Positions 38,933 through 47,539 of a stretch of DNA of 64,000 nt are shown here, piece after piece (the first letter of the stretch is position 1; each line of letters begins with the position of its first letter). The translations under genes and the position numbers were made by a program. The stretch comes from Candidatus Geohabitans tengchongensis. GTDB lineage: Bacteria > Sysuimicrobiota > Sysuimicrobiia > Sysuimicrobiales > Humicultoraceae. The notes beneath the pieces are model-generated. The model did no database searches. It saw nothing but the letters and a program-made list of their open reading frames with translations, and had not been told where the DNA came from. The DNA lies in assembly GCA_031459625.1 (NCBI GenBank), contig JAVKIH010000002.1:188051-252050 (forward strand), read 5' to 3'.

Positions 38933-40063
38933 TCAGCCCCCGGCCACGCGGAAGGCCCGCACCCGCTCCCAGTCCACCTCCAGCCCGAGCCCCGGGCCGG
39001 TGGGGAGCTCCAGCATCCCCTCCCGCGGCTCCGGGAAGGGGGTGGTGAAGATGTCGCGCAGGGGGTTGGGGATGAACATGGCCTCGTAGCTCAGCAGGTT
39101 CGGCACCGCCGCGGCCAGGTGGAGCGAGGCCAGGTGGGCCACGCCGGCGGAGAAGCCAGTGTGCGGGGCGTACGCCAGGTTGTAGGCGTGGACGAGGGCG
39201 CCCAGCCGCAGGGCCGCGGTAAAGCCGCCCACGCGGGCGATGTCGGGCTGGACCACGTCGATGGCCCGCCGCTCGATCAGGTCGCGGAAGCCGAAGAGCC
39301 CGAACTCCGACTCGCCGCCGGCCACCGGGATGGACTGGCGGCGGCGCACCAGCGCGTACCCCGAGACGTCGTCCGGCGGCACCGGCTCCTCGATCCAGGT
39401 GATGTCCAGCGGCTCCACCTCCCGGCACAGGCGGATCGCCGTGGCGGCGTCGTAGGCGCCGTTGGCGTCGAGCATGAGGGCCACCTCCGGGCCCACCGCC
39501 TCGCGGATCGCCCGCACCGTGGCCACGTCCGCGCGCAGGCCGCCCTGCGCCTCGCTGCGTCCCACCTGCACCTTCACCGCCCGGTGCCCCTGCCGCACCA
39601 GTGCCGCCGCCTCGGCCACCATGTGGTCGGTGGCGGCGAAGTAGACCTTGGAGGCGTAGACCGGCACCCGTTCCCGTCCCACCCCCCGCAGGAAGCGGAA
39701 GAGCGGCTCCCCGGCGGCGCGGGCCAGCAGGTTCCACAGGGCGATGTCCACGCCGCTCATGGCCTCGACCACGAAGCCGCGCGAGTGGCCCCACCGGCGC
39801 AGCTGCCCGAACATCGCCTCCCACAGGCCGCCCACGTCGCGCGGGTCCCGGCCCAGCAGCACCGGGGCGAGGAGGTCCTCGACGACGGTGGCGGTGACGC
39901 GCGGGGCGCGGCGGGCGATGCACTCCCCCACCCCGTGCTGCCCGTCGTCAGTCCACACCTCCACCAGGGTGGCCACGAACGTCTGGAACGGGCCCATGGC
40001 GAAGAGGATGGGCCGCTCCAGCCGGCCTGCCAGGGCGTGGGTGACGATGCGCTCGATCTTCAC
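38933..40063 (-). CDS. mandelate racemase/muconate lactonizing enzyme (enolase superfamily) protein
   Basis: SGVDIALW, LDANG, IEEP, GGES, QPD, APH, PTGPGLG; GTG at 40063 overlaps cofE stop. Confidence 0.9.
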   Translation of the reverse strand: MKIERIVTHALAGRLERPILFAMGPFQTFVATLVEVWTDDGQHGVGECIARRAPRVTATVVEDLLAPVLLGRDPRDVGGLWEAMFGQLRRWGHSRGFVVEAMSGVDIALWNLLARAAGEPLFRFLRGVGRERVPVYASKVYFAATDHMVAEAAALVRQGHRAVKVQVGRSEAQGGLRADVATVRAIREAVGPEVALMLDANGAYDAATAIRLCREVEPLDITWIEEPVPPDDVSGYALVRRRQSIPVAGGESEFGLFGFRDLIERRAIDVVQPDIARVGGFTAALRLGALVHAYNLAYAPHTGFSAGVAHLASLHLAAAVPNLLSYEAMFIPNPLRDIFTTPFPEPREGMLELPTGPGLGLEVDWERVRAFRVAGG

Positions 40064-40818
40064 CGGTACAGGTCCTCCTCCACCGGCCGCACCAGCTGGC
40101 GCGCGCGGCCGTCGCCCGGGGGGAGGCGGGCGCCGCGCACCAGGACCACCGGCGTCCCCTCGTCGCTCTGCCCCTGCAGCAGCCCCGCCGCCGCGGCCAG
40201 CTCGTCGGCGACGGCCTCCACGCTGGTGCGCAGGACGTAGCCGTAGCGGTCGCGCCGTCCCACGTAGCTGAGGAGCGGCGCGAATCCGGCCAGGCCGATG
40301 GCCACGCCCACCGCCCCCTCCCGGTGGGGGCGGCCGTGGCTGTCGCTCACCACCACGCCCACGTCCACCCCGAAGCGCGCCCGCATCGCCTCGCGCAGGC
40401 CCGCCGCCGAGCGGTCGGGGTCGAGGGGCAGCAGGCTGACCACGTCCTCGCTGCCGGCCACGTTGGAGTGGTCCACCCCGGCATTGGCGCAGATGAACCC
40501 CAGCCGGTGCTCGGCGATGATCAACCCCGGGCGGCGCCGGTTGATGGCGCGCGACTCCCGCAGGACCACCTCCACCAGGCGCGGGTCCTTGCCGGTCTCC
40601 GCCGCCAGCGCCAGGGCCTCCCGCCCGGGGGTGACCTCGCGTAGGTCGGCGATGCGCCCCTCCGCCTTCGAGACCACCTTCTGGGCCACCACCAGCACGT
40701 CGCCGTCGGCGGGGACGATCCCGCAGGCGGCCAGCGCGTCGGCGATGAGGGCGGCCAGGTCCATCCCCGGCCGCACCTCCGGGAAGGGCTCCAGGGCCCA
40801 CAGCGTCAGGATGCGCAT
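40060..40818 (-). CDS. cofE: coenzyme F420-0:L-glutamate ligase
   Basis: PEVRPG, GDVLVVAQKVVSKAEGR, ANAGVDHSNV, LPLDPDRSA, DSHGRP, ADELAAAA. Confidence 0.92.
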   Translation of the reverse strand: MRILTLWALEPFPEVRPGMDLAALIADALAACGIVPADGDVLVVAQKVVSKAEGRIADLREVTPGREALALAAETGKDPRLVEVVLRESRAINRRRPGLIIAEHRLGFICANAGVDHSNVAGSEDVVSLLPLDPDRSAAGLREAMRARFGVDVGVVVSDSHGRPHREGAVGVAIGLAGFAPLLSYVGRRDRYGYVLRTSVEAVADELAAAAGLLQGQSDEGTPVVLVRGARLPPGDGRARQLVRPVEEDLYR

Positions 40819-40831
40819 CGGCTCGGCGGCC

Positions 40832-41515
40832 TCACGAGGTCGGCGGGGCGGCCGGCGGGGTGGAGCGCGGCGCCAGGTTAGTCAGGCGCACCCCGACGGC
40901 ACGCCGGCGGCGCACGGCCAGGGCCGTCACCAGCGCCCCGAACCCCTCGAGCGCGCGCGCCGCCGCCAGCGGCCCGCAATCCACCGGCCGGCCGCCGAAG
41001 GCCTCGACCAGCCCGGCCACCGCGGCCCGCGCCCCGTCGTCGTCCCCGCACAGGAGGACGTCCTGGTCGAGCGGCCGCTCCGGGCGCCCCAGCGTCGAGG
41101 CGGCCACGGTGTGGAAGCCGGCCACCACGCGGGCGGTGGGCGCGGCCGCCTGCGTCTCCTCGGCGAAGGCGCGCGCCGCGGGCGGCGCGAGGCCCCCCGG
41201 GACTTCCGGCGCAAACGGCACCGTCACGTCCAGCACCAGCCGGCCGTCGAGCAGCGGAGCGACCTCGCGCAGGACGGCGGCGTGGGCCTCCCAGGGGACG
41301 GCTACGACCACCAGGTCGGCCGCACGCACCGCCTCGACGTTGCCCGCCCCGCGCACCGCCGGACGCTCCAGCGCCGCGGCCGCCGCAGCGCCCCGGGCCG
41401 GATCGCGGGAGCCGATCACCACCGACCAGCCGGCTGCGACCGCCCGGAGGGCGAACCCCCGGCCGAATGGTCCGGTGCCTCCGACGAGCCCGACCGTGCG
41501 TCCCGAAAGGGTCAT
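40832..41515 (-). CDS. npdG: NADPH-dependent F420 reductase (Fno)
   Basis: GGTGPFGRG, IGSR, AVP, VVAGFHTVAA, DVLLCGDD, DCGPL...ARALE; directly upstream of cofE. Confidence 0.85.
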   Translation of the reverse strand: MTLSGRTVGLVGGTGPFGRGFALRAVAAGWSVVIGSRDPARGAAAAAALERPAVRGAGNVEAVRAADLVVVAVPWEAHAAVLREVAPLLDGRLVLDVTVPFAPEVPGGLAPPAARAFAEETQAAAPTARVVAGFHTVAASTLGRPERPLDQDVLLCGDDDGARAAVAGLVEAFGGRPVDCGPLAAARALEGFGALVTALAVRRRRAVGVRLTNLAPRSTPPAAPPTS

Positions 41516-42774
41516 CGCTCCGGCCCGGCCACGGCCAGCGCGTAGCGGTCGAGCGGGAACGCCTCCGCTGCGGCGCGGATCTCCTCGGCGGTGAGCCCCC
41601 GGACGATACCGGGGAAGCGCTCCAGGTAGTCGAGCCCCAGCGCGTAGTACTCGATCTCCCCCAGCGCGGCCGCCACCCCGCCGTGGGTCTCCAGCCGCAC
41701 CGCCAGCGACCCGGTCAGGTAGTCGCGCGCGTCGGCCAGCTCGTCGGGCGCCGGTCCCTCCTGTTGGAAGCGCGCCACCTCCTCCAGGATCGCGCCGATG
41801 GCCCGCTCCACATTGGCCGGGTTCACCCCGGCGCGCACCCACCAGGGCCCCGGCAGCCGGCCGGCGCGCAGCTCCATGGAGGCGTGGTAGGCCAGGCCCA
41901 TCCGCTCCCGCACCCGCTCGCCCACCCGTCCCATCATGCCGAGCTGCCCCAGCAGCACGGTGGCCATCATCGCCGGGTAGTAGGCGGGGTCGGTGCGGGC
42001 GGGGCCCACCCCGCCGAGCACGATGTCCGACTGGCTCTTGCCGGGCAGGGGCACCTCGCGGCGCCGCACGCCCTCGGGCACGCTCACCGGTGGGATGACC
42101 GGTTCGACCGCCTCCCCGGCCGCCTGCCACCCCTCGAAGGCACGCGCCGCCTCTTCCTGGGCCCGGGACCAGGGCAGGTCGCCGACCAGCGCCAGGATGG
42201 TGCGGTCGGGGCGGTAGTGGCGCGCGTGGAAGGCGGCCAGGTCGGGGACGCCGAGCGCCTGCAGCACTGCCTCCTCCCCGTCGGGCGGGGCGGCGTGGGG
42301 GTGGTCCGGCGGGAAGGCCAGCTGGCGGAAGGCCCGCTCGGCGGCGTGCCACGTGTCCAGGGCGCGGACGCGCACCTCGGTGAGCAGCTCGCCGCGCACC
42401 TTCTCTACCTCGGCCGCAGGGAAGGCCGGCCGGGTGACGACCTCGGCCAGCAGGCCGAGGAAGGCCGTTGCGTCCTCCGCCAGCGCCCGCCCCACGACGG
42501 CCACCACCTCCAGCGCTGCGGTAACGGTCAGCGTCGCCCCCATGCCGTCGAGCTCTTCGGCCAGCTGCTGCCCGCTGCGCCGCCGCGTCCCCCGCTCCAG
42601 CGTCCGGGCCACGAACCGGGCCGTACCGGCGTGGCGCCCGTCGAACATGGCGCCCGCCTGCACGAGGAGGTGGACGGCCACCATCCCGCTGCCCGGGCGC
42701 TCGACGGCCAGCAGCCGCAGCCCTCCGGGGAGGACCGCGCGGCGGATGCGCTCGGCGGCCAGGACGACGCTCAT
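41512..42774 (-). CDS. M16 peptidase, non-catalytic subunit
   Basis: M16 fold; lacks HxxEH; VRERMGLAY (R/Y pair). Confidence 0.88.
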   Translation of the reverse strand: MSVVLAAERIRRAVLPGGLRLLAVERPGSGMVAVHLLVQAGAMFDGRHAGTARFVARTLERGTRRRSGQQLAEELDGMGATLTVTAALEVVAVVGRALAEDATAFLGLLAEVVTRPAFPAAEVEKVRGELLTEVRVRALDTWHAAERAFRQLAFPPDHPHAAPPDGEEAVLQALGVPDLAAFHARHYRPDRTILALVGDLPWSRAQEEAARAFEGWQAAGEAVEPVIPPVSVPEGVRRREVPLPGKSQSDIVLGGVGPARTDPAYYPAMMATVLLGQLGMMGRVGERVRERMGLAYHASMELRAGRLPGPWWVRAGVNPANVERAIGAILEEVARFQQEGPAPDELADARDYLTGSLAVRLETHGGVAAALGEIEYYALGLDYLERFPGIVRGLTAEEIRAAAEAFPLDRYALAVAGPER

Positions 42775-44099
42775 GCGTCCACCCGTGCGGCCATGCGCCG
42801 CCCGGCCGCCGCGCCCTCCTCCGGGACGTACCACCCCACCGTCCGCCGACGCGGGTCGAAGACCCGCGCGGCCACCCGCTGCACGTCGGCGGGGGTCACC
42901 CGCTCGACCCGGGCCATCACGTCGAAGAGGGCCTCGGGGTAGAGGAGGAGGGCGTAGGCGCCGAGGGCCCCGGCGAAGGCGTGCACGCCGTCGCGCACGT
43001 AGCTGAACTGCGCCCGGGCCTGCCGCCGCACGCGCGCCAGCTCCTCGGGCGGCACCTCCGTCGTCACCAGCCGGTCCAGCTCCTCCAGGATGGCCGCCTC
43101 CACCGCGGCCACCGGGACGCCGGTGTGCACGGTGGCCACGATGCGCAGCAGGCCCGGGTCGAGGGAGGCGGTGACCGAGGAGACCACTTCCGTGGCCAGC
43201 CCGCGGTCGACCAGGGCCCGGTAGAGCCGGGAGGAGCGCGCGGGCGCCACCGCCCCGCGCACGGCGTCGAAGCCGCCGAGTACCCCGTCGAGCACGAGCA
43301 GCGCGGGCAGGTCGGGATCGCGCGCCGCCGGCGCGTGGTAGGCTACCTGGACGTAGCTCGTGGCGCTGCCGGGCCGCTGCACCACCACCCGTCGCTCCCC
43401 CTCCTGGGGCGGTTCCTCCACGGTCACCGGCGGGGGCGGCGGGCCCGGGTCGAGGGGGTCGAAGGCGCGGCGCACCTGCTCGAGCACCGCCTCGGCGTCG
43501 AACGCCCCCACCGCCACGGCCAGGGCGTTCCCGGGGTGGTAGTAGGTGCGGTAGTGCGCGTAGAGGTCGTCGCGGGTGAGCCGGCGCAGGTCGCCCTTCC
43601 AGCCGATGACGGGGAGACGGTAGGGGTGCACCTTGAAGGCCAGCGCGTCCACCTCCTCCTGTAGGTAGAAGAGCGGGAAGTTCTCCGCGCCCTCCCGCTC
43701 CGAGAGGATGACGGTGCGCTCGCGCTCCACCTCCTCCGGGTCGAAGCGGGTGTTCCGCATGCGGTCGGCTTCCATCGCGATGGCCACGGGGAGGTGCTGG
43801 GCGGGAAGGACCTCGTGGTAGGCGGTGTAGTCCTTCCAGGTGAAGGCGTTCCACCGCCCGCCCAGCCGGTCGATCGCCCGCGTGAGGACGGGGTAGGGCC
43901 GCGTGGGCGTGCCCTTGAAGAGCATGTGCTCCACCCAGTGGGAGATGCCGGTGCGCCCGGGCTGCTCGTTGCGGCTCCCCACGGCGTACCAGAGCCAGAA
44001 GGTGGCCACGGGCGCGGCGTGGCTCTCCACCACCAGCACCCGCAGGCCGTTGTCCAGCGTGGTGGTCTGGACCCGTTCCGACACGACGAGCTCCGACAT
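42771..44099 (-). CDS. M16 zinc peptidase, catalytic subunit
   Basis: LDNGL, VGSRNE, SHWVEHMLFKGT (HxxEH), NAFT, YYHPGNA. Confidence 0.93.
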   Translation of the reverse strand: MSELVVSERVQTTTLDNGLRVLVVESHAAPVATFWLWYAVGSRNEQPGRTGISHWVEHMLFKGTPTRPYPVLTRAIDRLGGRWNAFTWKDYTAYHEVLPAQHLPVAIAMEADRMRNTRFDPEEVERERTVILSEREGAENFPLFYLQEEVDALAFKVHPYRLPVIGWKGDLRRLTRDDLYAHYRTYYHPGNALAVAVGAFDAEAVLEQVRRAFDPLDPGPPPPPVTVEEPPQEGERRVVVQRPGSATSYVQVAYHAPAARDPDLPALLVLDGVLGGFDAVRGAVAPARSSRLYRALVDRGLATEVVSSVTASLDPGLLRIVATVHTGVPVAAVEAAILEELDRLVTTEVPPEELARVRRQARAQFSYVRDGVHAFAGALGAYALLLYPEALFDVMARVERVTPADVQRVAARVFDPRRRTVGWYVPEEGAAAGRRMAARVDA

Positions 44100-44171
44100 G
44101 GCGATGGCAGTGATTCGCCCTCGGTGCGCTCCATACCCCCCGGCGTGCGGGGCGACCTCTCGCAGCGTACC

Positions 44172-45011
44172 ATGGAGGCGGCTGTGGTCGAGCCGCGTCT
44201 GCGCCCCGTCCAGGTGGCCCGGTACCGGTCCGCGCTGCGCCGTCGCTTCCGCCTGCGCAGCGCGGCGGCGTGCGCCCGCTTCGTCGACGCGCTGGGGTTC
44301 TGCTACGCCTTCACCGCCGGCCCGGGGGCGGTCCCCGGAGTCTTCGACGTCATCGGCACGCGCAGCGTCGACCGTATGTGGTCGTGGGCGTGGCGGTGGA
44401 AGGACGAGCTGGCCACGCGCCGGCGCGTCTTCTACGGCCGCGTCCTGCGGCGCAAGCCCACCTTCGTCTCCCGCGCGCTGCTGCCGGCCTTCTACGCCCT
44501 CTCCGGGAACGTCGGGGAGGGCGACGACCACTTGGCCGCCTACGAGGCCGGCCGCCTCTCGCGGCTGGCGCGCGACCTCTACGAGGAGATCGCCCGGCAG
44601 GGGCCGCTGACCACGTGGGACCTGCGCCACCGCTTCGTCCCGCGCGGCGACCGCGGGCACTCCTTCCACCGCGCGCTGGCCGACCTGCAGGAGCGCTTCC
44701 TCATCGCCAAGGTGGCGGAGGTGGCGGGGCGCGGGGCCTACGCCTTCATCTGGGACACCTTCACCCGCTGGATGCCCGACGTGGTGGCGGCGGCCGCCCG
44801 CCTCACCGACGCGGAGGCGGCGGCCGCCATCCTGCGCGCCTACCTGCGCCTGGCCGGGGCGGCGCCGCCGGCGGAGGTGGCCGACCTCTTCCGCTGGCCC
44901 CCCTCGCTGCTGCCGGCGGCGGCGGCCGCGGCCGGGACGGTCACGGTACGGCTGGACCGGACCGACGCTTGGTCCCTGCCCGAGCTCATCCCCCGTCTCG
45001 TCCGGGCGTGA
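44172..45011 (+). CDS. AlkZ/YcaQ-like winged-helix DNA glycosylase-related protein
   Basis: FVDALGF, AWRWKDEL, FYGRVLRRKPTFVS, GPLTT...LR, ALADLQ; family assignment from memory. Confidence 0.6.
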   Translation: MEAAVVEPRLRPVQVARYRSALRRRFRLRSAAACARFVDALGFCYAFTAGPGAVPGVFDVIGTRSVDRMWSWAWRWKDELATRRRVFYGRVLRRKPTFVSRALLPAFYALSGNVGEGDDHLAAYEAGRLSRLARDLYEEIARQGPLTTWDLRHRFVPRGDRGHSFHRALADLQERFLIAKVAEVAGRGAYAFIWDTFTRWMPDVVAAAARLTDAEAAAAILRAYLRLAGAAPPAEVADLFRWPPSLLPAAAAAAGTVTVRLDRTDAWSLPELIPRLVRA

Positions 45012-45031
45012 GCGCGCCCGTCGGCTCCTGC

Positions 45032-45787
45032 TCAGCGTGCCGTCAGGCCGCCGTCCACCATCAGGGTCACGCCGGTGATCCACCCCGCCTCGTCGGACGC
45101 CAGGAAGAGGACGGCGTAGGCCACGTCCTCGGGCGTCCCCACCCGGCGCAGCGGGTAGGCCTGGGTGAGGCGTTCCCAGTCCTCCGCCGTATAGCGCTCC
45201 CACAGGTCACGGTTGAGGGCGGTCGGCACGAAGGCCGGGCAGACCGCGTTCACCCGCACCCGCTCGGGCCCGTAGGCCACCGCCATGGTGCGCGTGAGGG
45301 CGACGATACCCGCCTTGGCGGCGTTGTAGGCTACCGTCAGCCCGCTCCCCGCCCGGAAGGCCAGGTAGGACGCCACGTTCACAACCGCACCGCCGCGGGC
45401 GCGCAGGTGTGGGAGGGCGTGGCGGGAGACCAGGTAGCACCCCGTCAGGTTCGTCCGGAGCACTCCCTCCCACCGCTCCAGGTCCAGCGCGTGCAGCGGG
45501 GTGCGGTCGATGACGCCGGCGTTGTTCACCAGGACGTCGAGCCCGCCCAGGCGGTCGACCGTCCCGGCCACGAGGGCCTCCACGGATGGCTCGCTGCCGA
45601 CGTCGGCGGGCAGGAAGTGCACCTCCCCGAATGCGGCGAGCCGGTCCCGCACCGCCTGCCCCCGCATCGGATCCCGAGCGGCGACGACCACCCGGGCACC
45701 GGCATGCAGCAACGTGCGGGCCACGGCCTCGCCGATCCCCGAGGTCCCGCCGGTCACCAGGGCACGCCGTCCGTCCAGCCGGAACAC
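45032..45787 (-). CDS. SDR family oxidoreductase
   Basis: TGGTSGIG, NNAG, YNAAK, RVNAVCP, DGG. Confidence 0.93.
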   Translation of the reverse strand: MFRLDGRRALVTGGTSGIGEAVARTLLHAGARVVVAARDPMRGQAVRDRLAAFGEVHFLPADVGSEPSVEALVAGTVDRLGGLDVLVNNAGVIDRTPLHALDLERWEGVLRTNLTGCYLVSRHALPHLRARGGAVVNVASYLAFRAGSGLTVAYNAAKAGIVALTRTMAVAYGPERVRVNAVCPAFVPTALNRDLWERYTAEDWERLTQAYPLRRVGTPEDVAYAVLFLASDEAGWITGVTLMVDGGLTAR

Positions 45788-45858
45788 TCCACCCTCCCCC
45801 CGGCCCGCGCAGGTCCGACGCCACGACGCCCATCCGCCTGGGGCGCTATGCTCAGAAC

Positions 45859-46995
45859 GTGGGTCGGCTGATCCTCCACGTCGACATGGACGCGTTCTTT
45901 GCGGCCATCGAGCAGCTGCGCCGCCCGGAGCTCCGCGGCCGGCCGGTGGTCGTCGGCGGGGACGGCGACCCGCGCAAGCGCGGCGTGGTCTCCACCGCCT
46001 CCTACGAGGCGCGCCGGTACGGCATCCGCTCGGCCATGCCCCTGCGCCACGCCCTGCGCGCCTGTCCCCATGCCGTCTTCCTGCCGGTGGACTTCGAGAC
46101 GTACCGCACCTACTCCGCCCGGCTGATGGCCCTCCTGCGCGAGTACACGCCGCTCGTCGAGCCGGTCAGCCTGGACGAGGCCTTCCTGGACTGCTCCCAC
46201 CGGACCGAGGACCCCCTGGCGCTGGCCCGGGAGATCCAGGCGCGGATCCGCGCGGAGCTGGGCCTCACCGCCTCCATCGGGATCGGCCCCAACAAGCTGG
46301 TGGCCAAGATCGCCGCCAACCTGCAAAAACCCGGAGGCCTGACGATGATCTCTGCAGAGGAGGTCGAGGAGCGCCTGCGCCCGCTGCCCGTGCAGGTGCT
46401 CTGGGGGGTGGGGCCCAAGACTGCAGCCTATCTGAAGCAGACCCACAACATCGAGACCGTCGGCGACCTGCGGGCGGTCCCGCTGGCCGTGCTCCAGGAG
46501 ACGCTCGGCCCGCGCCACGGCGAGGACCTCTACCACATCTGCCGGGGGGAGGACGACTCGCCGGTGGTGACGGCGTGGGAGCCCAAGTCGTACAGCCGGG
46601 AGACGACGTTCCAGGTGGACGTCCGGCGGCGGGAGACGCTCGTGCGCACCGTCCAGGCCCTAGGGCGCGAGGTCTGGGCGGAGTGCGTTCGGGAGGACGG
46701 CTACCGCGTCCGCACGGTGACCGTCAAGGTGCGGTACCACACCTTCCGCACCCAGACCCGCGCGCTCACCCTGCCGCAGGCCACGGACGCCCTCGACCTG
46801 CTCCTGCGCACCGCCGTGGACCTGCTGCACCGCCACACCCTGGACCGGCCGGTGCGCCTGGTGGGGGTGCGGTTCTCCGGCCTGGAGCGTCCCCCGACCG
46901 AGGGAGCGGCGGCGTCAAGCCAGACGGACCTCGTCGGCGCTCAGCCTGCCTTCCTGGACACGAGCCGCCGGACCGCCTCGCGCACCTCGTCGTAG
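45859..46995 (+). CDS. dinB: DNA polymerase IV (Y family)
   Basis: HVDMDAFFA, TASYEAR.YGIRSAM, SLDEAFLD, GPNKLVAKIA. Confidence 0.95.
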   Translation: MGRLILHVDMDAFFAAIEQLRRPELRGRPVVVGGDGDPRKRGVVSTASYEARRYGIRSAMPLRHALRACPHAVFLPVDFETYRTYSARLMALLREYTPLVEPVSLDEAFLDCSHRTEDPLALAREIQARIRAELGLTASIGIGPNKLVAKIAANLQKPGGLTMISAEEVEERLRPLPVQVLWGVGPKTAAYLKQTHNIETVGDLRAVPLAVLQETLGPRHGEDLYHICRGEDDSPVVTAWEPKSYSRETTFQVDVRRRETLVRTVQALGREVWAECVREDGYRVRTVTVKVRYHTFRTQTRALTLPQATDALDLLLRTAVDLLHRHTLDRPVRLVGVRFSGLERPPTEGAAASSQTDLVGAQPAFLDTSRRTASRTSS

Positions 46996-47423
46996 GGAGG
47001 TTCCGTCCCCGGGACCTCGGCCACCCAGCGGTAGGCAACCGCTCCGTCGTCGTCGAGGACGACGACCGCGCGCCGCGCCACCCCGGGCAGGAGGCCACGC
47101 GCGAAGGTCGGGTCTTCCAGGCCGAAGGCCCGCACCGCCTCCAGGTTGTAGTCGCTCAGGAGCGGAAAGGTCAGGGAGAGGTGCTCGGCGAAGGCGCGGA
47201 GGCTCCAGGGGAGGTCCACGCTGATCCCCACCACACGCGCCCCCAGCCCGGCAAAGGCCTGGAGGTCGTCCCGAAACGCACACATTTCCCGGGTGCACGT
47301 GCTGCTGAAGGCCGCCGGGAAGAAGGCCAGGACGAGCGGCTGCCCGAGAAGGGCCGAGAGCCTGACCGGCTGGCGCTCGTAGTCAACCAGGTGGACATCG
47401 GGTACCCGCTCACCCTCGCGCAT
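46941..47423 (-). CDS. peroxiredoxin/redoxin (AhpC/TSA, AhpE-like)
   Basis: FFPAAFSSTCTREMC, GISVD, LLSD, EPPY. Confidence 0.9.
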   Translation of the reverse strand: MREGERVPDVHLVDYERQPVRLSALLGQPLVLAFFPAAFSSTCTREMCAFRDDLQAFAGLGARVVGISVDLPWSLRAFAEHLSLTFPLLSDYNLEAVRAFGLEDPTFARGLLPGVARRAVVVLDDDGAVAYRWVAEVPGTEPPYDEVREAVRRLVSRKAG

Positions 47424-47539
47424 CACGTTACCCTCCCCTGCCCTCCCCGCCGTTCTTCGGCACTCTGGGATAGCGGCGGGGACGTCTCGGCGATCTCCTC
47501 GACCTACATGCGCCGCCCCAGGCTCTCTTCCGGTCCGCC

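Noticed and set aside
45853..45866. Possible LexA box GAAC-N4-GTCG at the dinB start
   Set aside because: Second half-site mismatches GTTC and lies in coding sequence.
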